From NCBI GenBank assembly GCA_017442105.1, contig JAFSAX010000063.1, forward strand, positions 1-36,875: DNA of 36,875 nt. The letters run 5' to 3'. A program made the position numbers and the translations under genes. Below are positions 1 to 10,184 of the stretch, in pieces. The stretch comes from Selenomonadales bacterium. Lineage in GTDB: Bacteria; Bacillota; Negativicutes; RGIG982. The notes beneath the pieces are model-generated. The model was not told where the DNA came from, made no database searches, and was given only the letters and a program-made list of their open reading frames with translations. Each line of letters starts with the position of its first letter. Position 1 is the stretch's first letter.

Positions 1-13
1 CTGGAAAGCTGAT

Positions 14-51
14 AAAGAACCGTATTCCGACAAGGATACGGTTCTTTTTTT
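14..51 (+). terminator. Rho-independent terminator of a plus-strand gene lying mostly upstream of the window
   Basis: Stem GAACCGTAT (17-25) pairs with ATACGGTTC (36-44) and is followed by T7 (45-51). TGA TAA at 10-15 is consistent with a + strand CDS ending just before it. Confidence 0.55.
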
Positions 52-80
52 GTTGTACCGCCCCTCTTCTACCGCAAGGC

Positions 81-112
81 AAAAAGACTACCCGTAAGGG
101 TAGTCTTTTTTT
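81..112. terminator. Bidirectional intrinsic terminator closing the sbcDC-addBA operon
   Basis: 9-bp stem AGACTACCC (85-93) / GGGTAGTCT (98-106) with a GTAA loop. An A-run lies on the left and a T-run on the right. It sits 3 nt below the addA stop codon (115-117). Confidence 0.7.
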
Positions 113-114
113 CA

Positions 115-3100
115 TCAATGTATCGGTATGACGCGTTTCGTATGGAAGGCGTAGAGATAGCTGTTCGTAACAGGTATGCCCGTGAGCTGTTCGACAGCAC
201 GCCGATAGAGGGATATCTGAACGCGGTAGCGATCCTTGAGCGTTTCGGCATCTGCGAATCGGTCTGTTTTGTAGTCGATCAGTGTCCAGCCTGTGTCTGT
301 CATAAAGAGAGCATCGACGACACCTTGTACAAAGATGGTTTCTTCGTCGTCTGCTTCGGGATAGTATTCCTTCGCAGGAATGAGGATGCCGAACGGCAGT
401 TCGCGGCGAACGTCTTTCGATTCGCGCATACGTTTGCCGAGCGGAAGTGCGAAGAATCTTGCGATGGCATGACAGTCGACTTCTTTTGCAAGGTCGGCAG
501 GTATCAGCTCTCTCTGGGCGAGTGCATCGACTTGGCTTTTGATACTGCCCTCTGTGAGGTCACCGTCCATATCGATCATCTGCATGATGGTGTGCATCAT
601 CGTACCATATTCGGCCGCATCGAGCCGTTTTTTCGTCTGAAGGAAACGAGGCTTCTCATACGAGTCGGCTTGCTTTTCAAACGGTACCGTCGCTTGTTCT
701 TCATGTTCGGCGAATCTTCGTTTGATCTCGGTGACGGACAGCTTCGCAGGGAGGTTGACGGCAGTCTTGTTCGGATACTGCCAGAGGAGGCGTTCGTTTA
801 TGTCTGTCATATCATCACCGATGTCAACGGCTTCCATGTGTTTGATACGTTTAATAAGCTCTGTCTGTTCGGCTTTGCCTGCTTCTTCCTTTGCGAGGCA
901 GACATGGTGATAATCTATCTGCCACAGAGCTTCGGAATCACGGTACGTCATCTCCGTTTCCATCACTTCACAGCGCAGTTCAAAGCCTGCTTCATGTTTC
1001 GCCAAGACGGGCGCGAGCCAGTCGAGCCACGAGCGTGCGCCGACGATGACGGAGTCCGAGAGTTCGTCGCGCCGTGCAAGGAGCGTCCATTTTTCGCGCA
1101 TCGCTTCGATGTCTTTCGTCGAGCCGACCATGACGAGCTTTTCTCTGGCGCGTGTCATGGCGACATAGAGGACGCGCAGTTCTTCGGCATGGTTTTCCGA
1201 TACGATCTGCTGTGCAATGGCGAGCCTAGCAAGCGTCGGGTAGCGGTAGCGGTCTTCTGCCATGACGCGGTACGGGCCGACACCGAGCGACTTATGCAGA
1301 AGGATCGGTTTTTGCATATCCTGCGTGTTGAATTGTTTGCCGATGTTGGCAAGGATAACGACGGGGAATTCGAGGCCTTTGCTCTTGTGTACGCTCATGA
1401 TGCGAACGGTGTCTTCGTTTTCTCCGCCGCCGTCTTTGGCCGCGCCGAGATCTTCATCGTTTTCGAGCATCTTGTCGATGAAGCGGAGGAAGCGGAACAG
1501 TCCGCAGGCGTCTGTTTCTTCGAACGCTTTGGCACGATCGTAGAGCATCTCGAGGTTGGCTTGGCGCACAGTACCGCTTGCCATTGCTCCCACGTAGTCG
1601 TAGTAGCCTGTATCTTGGTACAGCTGCCATATCAGCTCGGGCACGCTTCGAGAGCGCGCAAGCGTACGCCATCTGTCGAGCTGCGATAAAAATGCGGCCG
1701 CTTTTTTCATCGTTTCCGCACTTGCGTTGAGCGCATCATAGAGATCTCCTTCACCCGCAAGACGCACGTTCGTCAATTCTTCTTCCGTCATGCCGACGAT
1801 CGCCGAACGCAGTACAGCCGCAAGCGGGATATCCTGATGCGGATTATCGATGATATTCAGGAGCGACAAAAAGACGCGTATTTCGGACGATTCGAAGTAT
1901 CCCGAGTCGTCTTCGGCATAACCGCTCACACCGCGCACACGGAGGGCATCTAAGAGGATACCGCTCGCGCGTTTGACCGATCGCAGGAGGATCACGATAT
2001 CGCGTTTGGCAAGCGGACGATAATCTTTAAGCCCTTTGTCATAGACGACTTTGCCTTGCACGAGGAGGCCCGCAATATAGTCGGCGATCCAGACGGCTTC
2101 GCGTTCGACTGCCGAAAGACCGTCACCGCTGTCCTCGCCGTGCGACAGGATATGACATTCTGCGGTATTGTCGAACGAGCGCGGATGCGGCGGATAGACA
2201 AGACCTTCGTTGAGTCGTTCTGCCTCTCCGTAGCCGATCTCGGTGACGTGTTCGCGCATGAGCGAGCCGAACACATCGTTGACAGCCGAAAGCACGCCGA
2301 CGCGCGAACGGAAGTTCTGCGACAAGTCGATGCGATGATTGTATCGTTCGCTCGGATAGCGATGGTACTTATCAAGGAACAGCTCAGGCTCTGCCAGACG
2401 GAAGCGGTAGATGCTCTGCTTGACATCGCCGACGAAAAAGAGGTTCGGCTTTTCGGGATTGGCAAGCATCTGCACGATGGCTTCCTGCACGCCATTCGTG
2501 TCTTGGTATTCGTCTACCATGATCTCGGCATACGTTTTCTGCAGCGTACGCGCGATATCGGACGGACGGATATCACCGTTTTCGTCTTCTTCGGAAAGGA
2601 GCGCAAGGCAGTAATGCTCAAGGTCATTGAAGTCAAGCACACCGTGTTCCGCTTTGACGGCGCGGTATTCTTCGGCATACGCGATCGTCAACTCGCCGAG
2701 TGCTTTCATCAGCGGTACGGTCGCACGCATATCTTCGGCGAACTGTTCTGCCGTCGCGAAGAAATACGCGCCTGCGACATTCTCGACGACCTTTTTCCAC
2801 TTGTCACGCATATCCTTGAGTATCTTTTTCAGCTCATCGTTTTCCCATTTTTTCGATGGCCAGCGAACAAACTCTATGCTGTTGACGACAGCGACCATCT
2901 CGTTCCACGTACCGCCCTGTGCGACGGTTGCCGCATGGTCGAGCTGTGTGCTGTCCGAGAGGAGTGCTTCGGCATACGGCTTGGCTTCGTCGCCAAAGCC
3001 GTCTATCATGGCGACGGCTTCTTTCGCAAGCAGCGAGGCACCGACGAGATCGATGGCGATGCGCCGCTTTAAGATATCTGCCCAGCACGTGTCGTCAATG

Positions 3101-3699
3101 TCCATAGCGTCGAGCGGGTCGCCGAGTGTGGACAGCCATTTTTTCTGCCACGGCTGACTGCACGAGAAGTGATACAGCTGTGAAATGAGAGCGGCAAGCG
3201 GATCGTCGCTGTCATCTCCGCTGTACGCATCGACGAGCGCGAGGAAATCCGCGTCCTGTTCTTCGTATTTATGTAAAAGAAGCCGCTCCATCGCATCTTG
3301 TTCCATGAGGAGAAGCTCCGTCTGCTGTGCAACGCGGAACTTCGGGTCGATGGGAAGAAGATGGATGTATCGCCTGATGAGCGATTGGCAAAAGGCGTGC
3401 ATCGTCGAGATAGATGCCGACGGCAGAAGGAGCAGTTGGCGGCGGAGACGCTGTCCGTTCTCCTTTTGTGCCGCTTCTCTGAGCGCCGAGCCGATACGTT
3501 CGCGCATCTCGGAAGCGGCCGCGTTCGTGAACGTCACGACGAGCAGGCGGTCGATCGTGATGGGATCATACTCGTCCGTCAGTCGGCGAATGATACGCTC
3601 AACGAGAACACTCGTCTTGCCCGAACCTGCCGCGGCGGCAACGAGGATATTCTTCCCGCGCGTTTTAATTGCTTCCAGTTGTTTTGCTGACCACGCCAT
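115..3699 (-). CDS. addA: ATP-dependent helicase/nuclease subunit A (AddA; UvrD/Rep-type helicase plus C-terminal RecB-like nuclease)
   Basis: 1194-aa ORF. Walker A VAAAAGSGKTS, motif II IMVDEYQDTNGVQ, C-terminal PD-(D/E)xK motif GVVDALF...LIDYKTD. I place the start at ATG 3699 (MAWSAKQLEAI), which has a GGAGG SD 8 nt upstream, rather than the GTG at 3708 used by the ORF track. It overlaps the end of addB by 35 nt. Confidence 0.93.
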   Translation of the reverse strand: MAWSAKQLEAIKTRGKNILVAAAAGSGKTSVLVERIIRRLTDEYDPITIDRLLVVTFTNAAASEMRERIGSALREAAQKENGQRLRRQLLLLPSASISTMHAFCQSLIRRYIHLLPIDPKFRVAQQTELLLMEQDAMERLLLHKYEEQDADFLALVDAYSGDDSDDPLAALISQLYHFSCSQPWQKKWLSTLGDPLDAMDIDDTCWADILKRRIAIDLVGASLLAKEAVAMIDGFGDEAKPYAEALLSDSTQLDHAATVAQGGTWNEMVAVVNSIEFVRWPSKKWENDELKKILKDMRDKWKKVVENVAGAYFFATAEQFAEDMRATVPLMKALGELTIAYAEEYRAVKAEHGVLDFNDLEHYCLALLSEEDENGDIRPSDIARTLQKTYAEIMVDEYQDTNGVQEAIVQMLANPEKPNLFFVGDVKQSIYRFRLAEPELFLDKYHRYPSERYNHRIDLSQNFRSRVGVLSAVNDVFGSLMREHVTEIGYGEAERLNEGLVYPPHPRSFDNTAECHILSHGEDSGDGLSAVEREAVWIADYIAGLLVQGKVVYDKGLKDYRPLAKRDIVILLRSVKRASGILLDALRVRGVSGYAEDDSGYFESSEIRVFLSLLNIIDNPHQDIPLAAVLRSAIVGMTEEELTNVRLAGEGDLYDALNASAETMKKAAAFLSQLDRWRTLARSRSVPELIWQLYQDTGYYDYVGAMASGTVRQANLEMLYDRAKAFEETDACGLFRFLRFIDKMLENDEDLGAAKDGGGENEDTVRIMSVHKSKGLEFPVVILANIGKQFNTQDMQKPILLHKSLGVGPYRVMAEDRYRYPTLARLAIAQQIVSENHAEELRVLYVAMTRAREKLVMVGSTKDIEAMREKWTLLARRDELSDSVIVGARSWLDWLAPVLAKHEAGFELRCEVMETEMTYRDSEALWQIDYHHVCLAKEEAGKAEQTELIKRIKHMEAVDIGDDMTDINERLLWQYPNKTAVNLPAKLSVTEIKRRFAEHEEQATVPFEKQADSYEKPRFLQTKKRLDAAEYGTMMHTIMQMIDMDGDLTEGSIKSQVDALAQRELIPADLAKEVDCHAIARFFALPLGKRMRESKDVRRELPFGILIPAKEYYPEADDEETIFVQGVVDALFMTDTGWTLIDYKTDRFADAETLKDRYRVQISLYRRAVEQLTGIPVTNSYLYAFHTKRVIPIH

Positions 3700-6600
3700 A
3701 TTCCGCACCTCCTTCGGCTATCATTCTCTCGAGCGCATCTTCGTCGCTCATCTTGTCGAACGTCGTCTTTTGATTCTCTGCCAGCGTTTCGTCGAACTGG
3801 CAGAACGATCTATACGCACAGAACGCGCACGCATCTTTGCCATCGTACGTGACGGGACGAATGGCGATGTAACCGTCCAAGATATCTTCGCCCGTCTGAC
3901 GAAGCATCTGTGCCGTATATCGGCGAAGCACGTCGAACTCTCGCTCCGTTTTCAGGTACGGCAGAGAGTTCTTGTGAAAATCGCCGTCTTTTTTCAGATT
4001 GATACAAATAAAAGTCGAGCTGCCGCCGAGCGTCGTATCGAGGCGTTCCAGCACCTCTTTTTCCTTGAGGAGCCAGCCCGGCATACGCTGTGCCTTACTG
4101 ATCTCTTTCATCGCTTCTTCTGCTGTGATACGTTTCTGCGCAGTGATGAACGGTTGCTTGAGGTAGTAATAGAGCACGCCCGCAGGCATCATCTCGTCTT
4201 CACCCGTTTCGATCGCTTCGAGTGCCATAAGATACGTCAAGAGCTGCAATCTGAGACCGTAATACACTTCGGGCATCGTCAGATGAACGCGCCCCGACTT
4301 GTAATCGATAACGAGGAAATAGCGTTTTCCGTCTTTGGCAAACGAATCGATGCGGTCGATCTGTCCGACGACGGCAAGCTCCGTTCCGTCGGAGAGCTTC
4401 CATTGGAGCGGCGGCATACTGCCCTTGCCAAAGCCGAATGCTTCTTCGTATGCGTACGGTTTGAAATAAGAATCTCTGCCGAATTCGCAGAGCCGCTCTG
4501 CCGCCTTGACGATCGTTCTCTCCAAGCGACCGAGGAGCGCACGCTTTTGCGCATTCGAAAGGAGTATCTCGCTTGCCAGCTTCGGTGCCAATTCCGCTAC
4601 GATATCTTGGGCAAGCGTCTTACGTTCCTCTGTCGTCCATACGCCCCAATCGTCTTTTTCTTTCGTCCGTTCGCCGAATACTTTCAGCGCGGCATGATAA
4701 AATTCACCCAGATCGGGTGGTTTTAAGCGGAATACATCACGCTCTTTCAGCTTAAGGCCGTAACGGGCAAAATGGCTGAACGGGCATTGGCGGAATCGCT
4801 CGAACCGCGTGACACTGCCGTAGAGCCTGCCCTTGCGGCGATACAGCCTGCCTGCCACGTCCTGCGGGAGCGGCAGCGCGCGGTTGAGGTGGAAAAGACC
4901 TGCCAGCGACCGTGCCAACAGCGGTCTTAGCTCCTCGTTCTGTCTTGCCCATTCGTAGATGCGTGCCCATACGGGGCTGAGCACTTCACCGCGTTTTTGA
5001 CTGCGGAGCACATTGCCGAGCGCGCCGAGTGCTTGCCGCGGATGCGCCAAGAGCGAGATATCTTCCATCTCTGCCGACGGCGGTCTGTACAGTGTGGTGT
5101 TCGTTTTCGTCATGCGACAGAGCCGCATGATGAGCGGTGACGGCTGTATGCCTTTGCCTTCGCTGTCTGCAAGCGGATAGCTGATATAGAGCCGTTTTTT
5201 CGCGCGCGTGAAGAGCTGATACGCAAGAAACTGCTCATCGAGCGCATCGGCGGCCGTCCCCGGTGCCAAGTCGACACCGAGCGCGAGCATCTTCGCACGG
5301 TCGTCATCGTTGAGAAGGCCTTCATTTCCGCCTCGCCGCGGAAGGACACCGTCCGAAGCACCGACGAGGAAGATGATAGGCAGATTTTCGGCATTGTTCT
5401 GCTCCATCGAGCCGATAACGACACGGTCAAGTCCCTGCGGGATCAGGCTGAATTCCATCGCGGCCAGACCGCTTTCGATGAGTGCGTAGAGTTCTCGTAC
5501 GCGCACCGTATCACTGCCGCCGACTTCGGCAAGCTGTTCGAGGAGCGCGATCGTCTGTTTCCACACCTGCATCTCCTGCGCGGCAGTCGTCAGATCGCCG
5601 CCCGCCTCCGCTTCGTCTGCCCATGCAGACAATTTCTGCGGCACTTCGAGCTCTTCTAAGAAATAATACAGCTCGGTGATATACGCTTCGACCGTCTTGG
5701 CTTTTTTGAGCGCATCAGCCAGCTTTTTGAGCGGTGTGACGGCACGTATACGGCTGTCGTTGATGGCGGTAAGGTATTCTTCCGCTTCGTCTTCTTCGCA
5801 GTCGTCGTCAAGAAGCATACGTCTGCGGAATGTCCACGGTTCTTCCTGTGTCCAGTACGAACCGCGGATACCGAACTGAAGCACATAGTTCTCCAGTCGG
5901 TCGACTTCTTCGCGCGTCAGTTGGAAAAATTCCGTTTTGAGCGCACGAAATACGGATTCGTAGTTCCACGTGCGCACCGCATCGAGCGAAGCACGAATAA
6001 GCTCCGCAAGCGGATGATGGATAGCACGTCTTTTTTGTTCCGAAAAATACGGGATATCATATCGTTCAAAGACCTTCGGCAAGAGGTCGCGGTATCCGTC
6101 GGTTCTCGTCAATACAGCGATGTCGCGATACCGATGCCCCTCTTCTCGGCAAAGGCGCACGATCTCGCAGGCGACCATCTCGGCCTCCTGCCGTGCGGTA
6201 ACGGCTTCTCTCACGACAAGTCCGTCCCGTGTACCGTCAAACGGTACTGCCGCATGAGCGAAGAACCGACGTTCGATATACGCACCGACTTCGTTCTCCG
6301 TCAGTCGATACTGCTCGGTAAGCTCCGTTTCGCGCACGTCGGTATCACATTCTTTGGCAAGCGCGAGGAGCGTTCTGCGCGTTTCCCATTGACGACAGAA
6401 AAGGTCTGTTTCGTCGCGTCTGTCTGCGCTCTTCGTGTCACCCAGACAAAGCGTGACGGTGATATCAACGCCTGCCATGAGCATCGCACGCAGGACGGTC
6501 ACCTCGAGCGGGTTGAACCAGCGGAAGCCGTCTATCCAGACACGCGCACCGCGAAACATCTGTGCCGACGGAATCTTCTCGGCAAGGAGAAGGAGCGCGT

Positions 6601-7129
6601 CGCCCGAATCGGTATACGCCTCTTCCATCGCTGTTTGGAATTCGCCGTAGAGTGATGCGATGTCGGAAAGCTTTGCCCCAAGCTCCGTACCTTTCAGATC
6701 GGCTGCGGCATCAGAGAGTACGCTCGGCGCAATGTTGTACGAGCGAAATTCTTTTACGAGCGAGAGCATCACATCGGCGAAATTCGGCTGACGCGCCGCT
6801 CTGCCGAGTTTTAAGAGCTCGTCTTGTTTTTGATGCAAAAAGCGCATCAGAAGTATCTTTTTCCCAAGCTCCGAGATGTGCGGCCTGAGCGCACCGCCTT
6901 CGGCGCGCAGGACTTGGTGTGCCAGTCGCTTAAAGCCGAAGATGAACGCACGCACGTATCCGCCCGCCATCTCGGCAAGTCGCCGCTCTGCCATGAACGT
7001 GGCATGCTCGGGCAGTATCAGGATGAGCGGAGCACCGCTCGGGTCGTCTTTGATATGTGCTGTGATCTCATCGAGGCAAAAACGACTTTTTCCGCTGCCG
7101 CTTCTGCCCGATACGATATGAAGGCTCAT
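3665..7129 (-). CDS. addB: ATP-dependent helicase/deoxyribonuclease subunit B (AddB) with Fe-S staple nuclease domain
   Basis: 1154-aa ORF. N-terminal Walker A GRSGSGKS and nuclease motif GQIDRID...LVIDYKSG. Cysteine set FRQCPF ... CAFCAYRSFC is typical of the AddB iron-sulfur cluster. GGAGGGAG SD lies before ATG 7129. The gap after the sbcC stop is only 10 nt. Confidence 0.92.
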   Translation of the reverse strand: MSLHIVSGRSGSGKSRFCLDEITAHIKDDPSGAPLILILPEHATFMAERRLAEMAGGYVRAFIFGFKRLAHQVLRAEGGALRPHISELGKKILLMRFLHQKQDELLKLGRAARQPNFADVMLSLVKEFRSYNIAPSVLSDAAADLKGTELGAKLSDIASLYGEFQTAMEEAYTDSGDALLLLAEKIPSAQMFRGARVWIDGFRWFNPLEVTVLRAMLMAGVDITVTLCLGDTKSADRRDETDLFCRQWETRRTLLALAKECDTDVRETELTEQYRLTENEVGAYIERRFFAHAAVPFDGTRDGLVVREAVTARQEAEMVACEIVRLCREEGHRYRDIAVLTRTDGYRDLLPKVFERYDIPYFSEQKRRAIHHPLAELIRASLDAVRTWNYESVFRALKTEFFQLTREEVDRLENYVLQFGIRGSYWTQEEPWTFRRRMLLDDDCEEDEAEEYLTAINDSRIRAVTPLKKLADALKKAKTVEAYITELYYFLEELEVPQKLSAWADEAEAGGDLTTAAQEMQVWKQTIALLEQLAEVGGSDTVRVRELYALIESGLAAMEFSLIPQGLDRVVIGSMEQNNAENLPIIFLVGASDGVLPRRGGNEGLLNDDDRAKMLALGVDLAPGTAADALDEQFLAYQLFTRAKKRLYISYPLADSEGKGIQPSPLIMRLCRMTKTNTTLYRPPSAEMEDISLLAHPRQALGALGNVLRSQKRGEVLSPVWARIYEWARQNEELRPLLARSLAGLFHLNRALPLPQDVAGRLYRRKGRLYGSVTRFERFRQCPFSHFARYGLKLKERDVFRLKPPDLGEFYHAALKVFGERTKEKDDWGVWTTEERKTLAQDIVAELAPKLASEILLSNAQKRALLGRLERTIVKAAERLCEFGRDSYFKPYAYEEAFGFGKGSMPPLQWKLSDGTELAVVGQIDRIDSFAKDGKRYFLVIDYKSGRVHLTMPEVYYGLRLQLLTYLMALEAIETGEDEMMPAGVLYYYLKQPFITAQKRITAEEAMKEISKAQRMPGWLLKEKEVLERLDTTLGGSSTFICINLKKDGDFHKNSLPYLKTEREFDVLRRYTAQMLRQTGEDILDGYIAIRPVTYDGKDACAFCAYRSFCQFDETLAENQKTTFDKMSDEDALERMIAEGGAEYGVVSKTTGSN

Positions 7130-7139
7130 GTTCTCCCTC

Positions 7140-10100
7140 CTATCCGATACGGAAGACTGCCGTACTTCCTTTATTCGTCTGCAAGACCTCGAGCCTTGCG
7201 TCTATTCGTTCTTTCAGTTCGGGCACGTGCGAGATGATGCCGACAAGACGACCGCCCTGCTGGAGATCGAGGAGCGTCTTGATGGCAAAATCGAGCATCT
7301 CGGGATCGAGCGTGCCGAATCCTTCGTCGATGAGCATCGTATCCAGACGGATACCGCCCGAGTACGATTGGACGACGTCCGCCAGACCGAGCGCAAGTGC
7401 CAGCGATGCCAAAAAGCTCTCGCCGCCGCTCAAGGTGCCGACAGGTCGTGCCATACCCGTATAGTTATCGAATACCTCAAGTTCCAGCCCGCCCGCCGCA
7501 TTCTTGCGTGCGCGCTCGTCCGTCCGCTGAAGCGTATAACGGCGACGGCTCATCTTAAGAAGCCGTGCGCTTGCCACTTCGGCGACTTCCGTCAACAGCT
7601 CGCTCAAAACGAATCGCTGGAACGTCAGTTTTTTCTCATTGTCACCGCCCGAGACCTGCGCGAGCTTGCCGATGACGCGATACCCTTCCTGCAGATCGTC
7701 GATGCGACTCGCGCAGTCGGCGATCTTCTTCCGGTTTTTCTCCTGCTGTTCGATCGCATTCTTCTTCGTCTGCCATTCTTTGACTGCATCGAGGTGCACT
7801 TTCTCGGCGATGGTCTTCGCTTCGGTCAGCGCATCGAGCGCAGGCATCGTCAGCCCTTCTGTCGCCGTTTTTGCTCTTGTCAGACGGTCACGCGATTTCG
7901 CGACCTCCTCGTCGATGCGTTTTAAGCTCGCTTCCGTATCAGCAAGCCATCGTTCGGTACGCGACGATGCCAAGACAGCTTCACGGCTGTCGAACCCAAG
8001 CACAGTTGCATCAGAAAGGAACGCTATCAGCAGGTCTTGGCATTTCTTCTGCTGTTCGAGGAATGCCATTTTGCCCTGTTCTGCATCGGCTTTGGCTTTC
8101 ACGAGTGCATCGGTCGCCGTTCTCTGACGCGCTTCTGCGTTCTTCCACGCATCATCGAGTTGTTTTATCTTCTTGTCGGCTTCGCGTTTCGCCTGATCGA
8201 GTGCGCCGTCCTTCATCAATTCGGCAGGGACTTGGCTTTTGCGTTCTTCGACGATAGCCTCTGCGCTCCGATATTTTTCGCTGGCTTTTTGATACGCCGT
8301 TCTCGCCTTCTCGAACGCTTCCTGCGTTTCTTTCAATACTGCCTCGCCCTTTTCGATGCGCGCCTTGAGATTCTGCGCTTCTTCGCTTGCACGCTGTGCT
8401 TCTTCGGCTTTTTTTATCGCCGTTTTCGTTTTGTCTGTCAGCGTTTTCGCATCGTCGGCAATGTCGCCGAGAAGCGCGAGCAGTTCTTCTTTTTTCTTCG
8501 CGCGGGCTTCTTGGTGTGCCGTAAGCGCAGCAAGCGATACATTCTCTTTCGCATGATGCGCACGCAAATTCTCTGCCTTCGCTTTCGCTTCCTTGCATGC
8601 CTCTTCGCTCGGTGCCTCTCCGCTCGGTGCAAGGCGCGGATGATGCGTCGAACCGCAGACAGGGCAAGGCGCACCGTCTGTAAGCGACTGCGCAAGGACA
8701 CCTGCCTGCGCTTTCTGCCGTGTAAGCTCGAGTTCGGCGGCTATCGTTTCCGCCCGCTTCGCTTCTTCATCGGCAAGGCGAACGTCTTTTTCTTTTTGCA
8801 CACGTTTTTTCTCTTCCGTTTCGATCTCTCCGAGGAGCTTATCGACATCTTGGCGCGTTTTGAGCAGTGCGGTGAGCCGTTCTTTCGCCTGTATCAGCTT
8901 CGCCGACTCTTGTGCGAGAGCCAGTTTTTCTTCGCGCAGTTTGCGGAAGTTGTCGAGTGCTTCCGTATATGTTTTGCACTTCTGCTCTTGGGTCATCATC
9001 TCTTTTTCGGCAGTCGTCATCGCGCTCTGCATGGCGAGATAATCCTTCTGCGCGTCTGCCAGCTGGCGGACGACCTCCGTTTTTTTATCAAGGTCGGTGC
9101 GCACATCACGCGCCTGTTGTCTGTCGCCTTCACGCGCCTTTTCTGCTTGATAAAGACGCTCTGCCTCTGCTTGCTCTGCCTGCGCACGAACAAGCACAGT
9201 TTCCTGCTCGGTGACTGCTGTTTCCTTCGTGCGAAGACCATTCTCTTCCCGTTTCAGATACGATTCGGCAGTCGCCAGCTTCTGCGCACGCATCGCCGCC
9301 ATCAACTCTTCGCGGAGCGGGCGCGATGTTATTTCGGCTTCTCTCGCCTGTTTTTCCGCTTCGGTCGCCTCGCTTAGATCGGCGAACAGCTTACTGATCC
9401 GATTGCCTTCCGTCAGAAGTGCTTCTGCCTGTTCTTTCGCAGTCAGTCGCTCGGCAACAAGTGCGGTAAGGGCCGCCTCTTCGCGTTTCAGTTCATCTAT
9501 CATCGCCAGAAGCGCCTCTTCGCTCTCGGCACCGCTCGCTTCCAAGATGAGCCTGCGTTCCTGTTCTATCTCATGGAACGCGTCGCGTACACTGCGAGCC
9601 TTCTCTTTCAATTTTTGTTCTATCATCTCATACAGTTCCGTGCGGAACAGCGTCTGCATGATGGCCTGTCGTTCTACAGAGCCTGCCATGAGGAGCTTAC
9701 GAAACTCGCCCTGCGGCAGGAGCACGACTTGCCGAAACTGACTGCACTCGAAGCCGAGTTTTGCGATGACTTCTTCGGTCACGTTTCTCGCACCGCTTGC
9801 GACGACCTTCTCGCCGTCTTCTTCGATGCGCCACAGCGTCGCCTGCGGTTTCTCGAACTTCGTACCCGTTCCGCGCACTTTCGCGATCTCCTGTTCGGGA
9901 GAGCGTTCTACGCGGTATACATCTTCTTTCACCGCGAAGGTAAAATCGACATACGTGCGTATCTTTTCATCGGCAAAATCGCTTCGTACCGTTTTGGCCG
10001 CACGCATCTCTCCGCTCGTTTCGCCGTACAGCGCGAAGCATATCGCATCGAGGATCGTCGTCTTGCCCGAGCCTGTCGGCCCGTGGATAAGGAAGAACGA

Positions 10101-10184
10101 ACGCCCTCCGAGCTCACCGAAATCAAGGTCTGTCCGCTCGCGATATGCGCCGAATGCCTGCATCGTCAATCGAAGTGGTTTCAT
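7140..10184 (-). CDS. sbcC: SbcC/Rad50-like exonuclease ATPase subunit
   Basis: 1014-aa ORF. Walker A GPTGSGKTT and a long Glu/Lys/Ala-rich coiled coil. Central zinc hook CPVCG, ABC signature LSGGESF, Walker B MLIDEGFGTLD, H-loop IISHV. The start ATG overlaps the sbcD stop (ATGA at 10181-10184). Confidence 0.92.
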   Translation of the reverse strand: MKPLRLTMQAFGAYRERTDLDFGELGGRSFFLIHGPTGSGKTTILDAICFALYGETSGEMRAAKTVRSDFADEKIRTYVDFTFAVKEDVYRVERSPEQEIAKVRGTGTKFEKPQATLWRIEEDGEKVVASGARNVTEEVIAKLGFECSQFRQVVLLPQGEFRKLLMAGSVERQAIMQTLFRTELYEMIEQKLKEKARSVRDAFHEIEQERRLILEASGAESEEALLAMIDELKREEAALTALVAERLTAKEQAEALLTEGNRISKLFADLSEATEAEKQAREAEITSRPLREELMAAMRAQKLATAESYLKREENGLRTKETAVTEQETVLVRAQAEQAEAERLYQAEKAREGDRQQARDVRTDLDKKTEVVRQLADAQKDYLAMQSAMTTAEKEMMTQEQKCKTYTEALDNFRKLREEKLALAQESAKLIQAKERLTALLKTRQDVDKLLGEIETEEKKRVQKEKDVRLADEEAKRAETIAAELELTRQKAQAGVLAQSLTDGAPCPVCGSTHHPRLAPSGEAPSEEACKEAKAKAENLRAHHAKENVSLAALTAHQEARAKKKEELLALLGDIADDAKTLTDKTKTAIKKAEEAQRASEEAQNLKARIEKGEAVLKETQEAFEKARTAYQKASEKYRSAEAIVEERKSQVPAELMKDGALDQAKREADKKIKQLDDAWKNAEARQRTATDALVKAKADAEQGKMAFLEQQKKCQDLLIAFLSDATVLGFDSREAVLASSRTERWLADTEASLKRIDEEVAKSRDRLTRAKTATEGLTMPALDALTEAKTIAEKVHLDAVKEWQTKKNAIEQQEKNRKKIADCASRIDDLQEGYRVIGKLAQVSGGDNEKKLTFQRFVLSELLTEVAEVASARLLKMSRRRYTLQRTDERARKNAAGGLELEVFDNYTGMARPVGTLSGGESFLASLALALGLADVVQSYSGGIRLDTMLIDEGFGTLDPEMLDFAIKTLLDLQQGGRLVGIISHVPELKERIDARLEVLQTNKGSTAVFRIG

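Noticed and set aside
118-1689. Long antisense ORFs opposite addA (118-1689, 2056-3072), addB (3185-4726), sbcC (8037-9377, 9573-10460), sbcD (10385-11242) and tpsB (35010-36143).
   Set aside because: For the ones I checked (118, 3185, 8037, 10385, 35010) the antisense frame is codon-aligned with the strongly supported sense gene. They lack SD sequences and family motifs, while the sense ORFs carry complete catalytic motif sets.
3700-3708. ORF-track start codons for addA (GTG 3708), the 208-aa gene (TTG 16787) and the Rossmann gene (13042).
   Set aside because: In each case a downstream ATG (3699, 16763, 13132) has a well-spaced GGAGG-type SD. The upstream start has none, or would lie within promoter or terminator elements.
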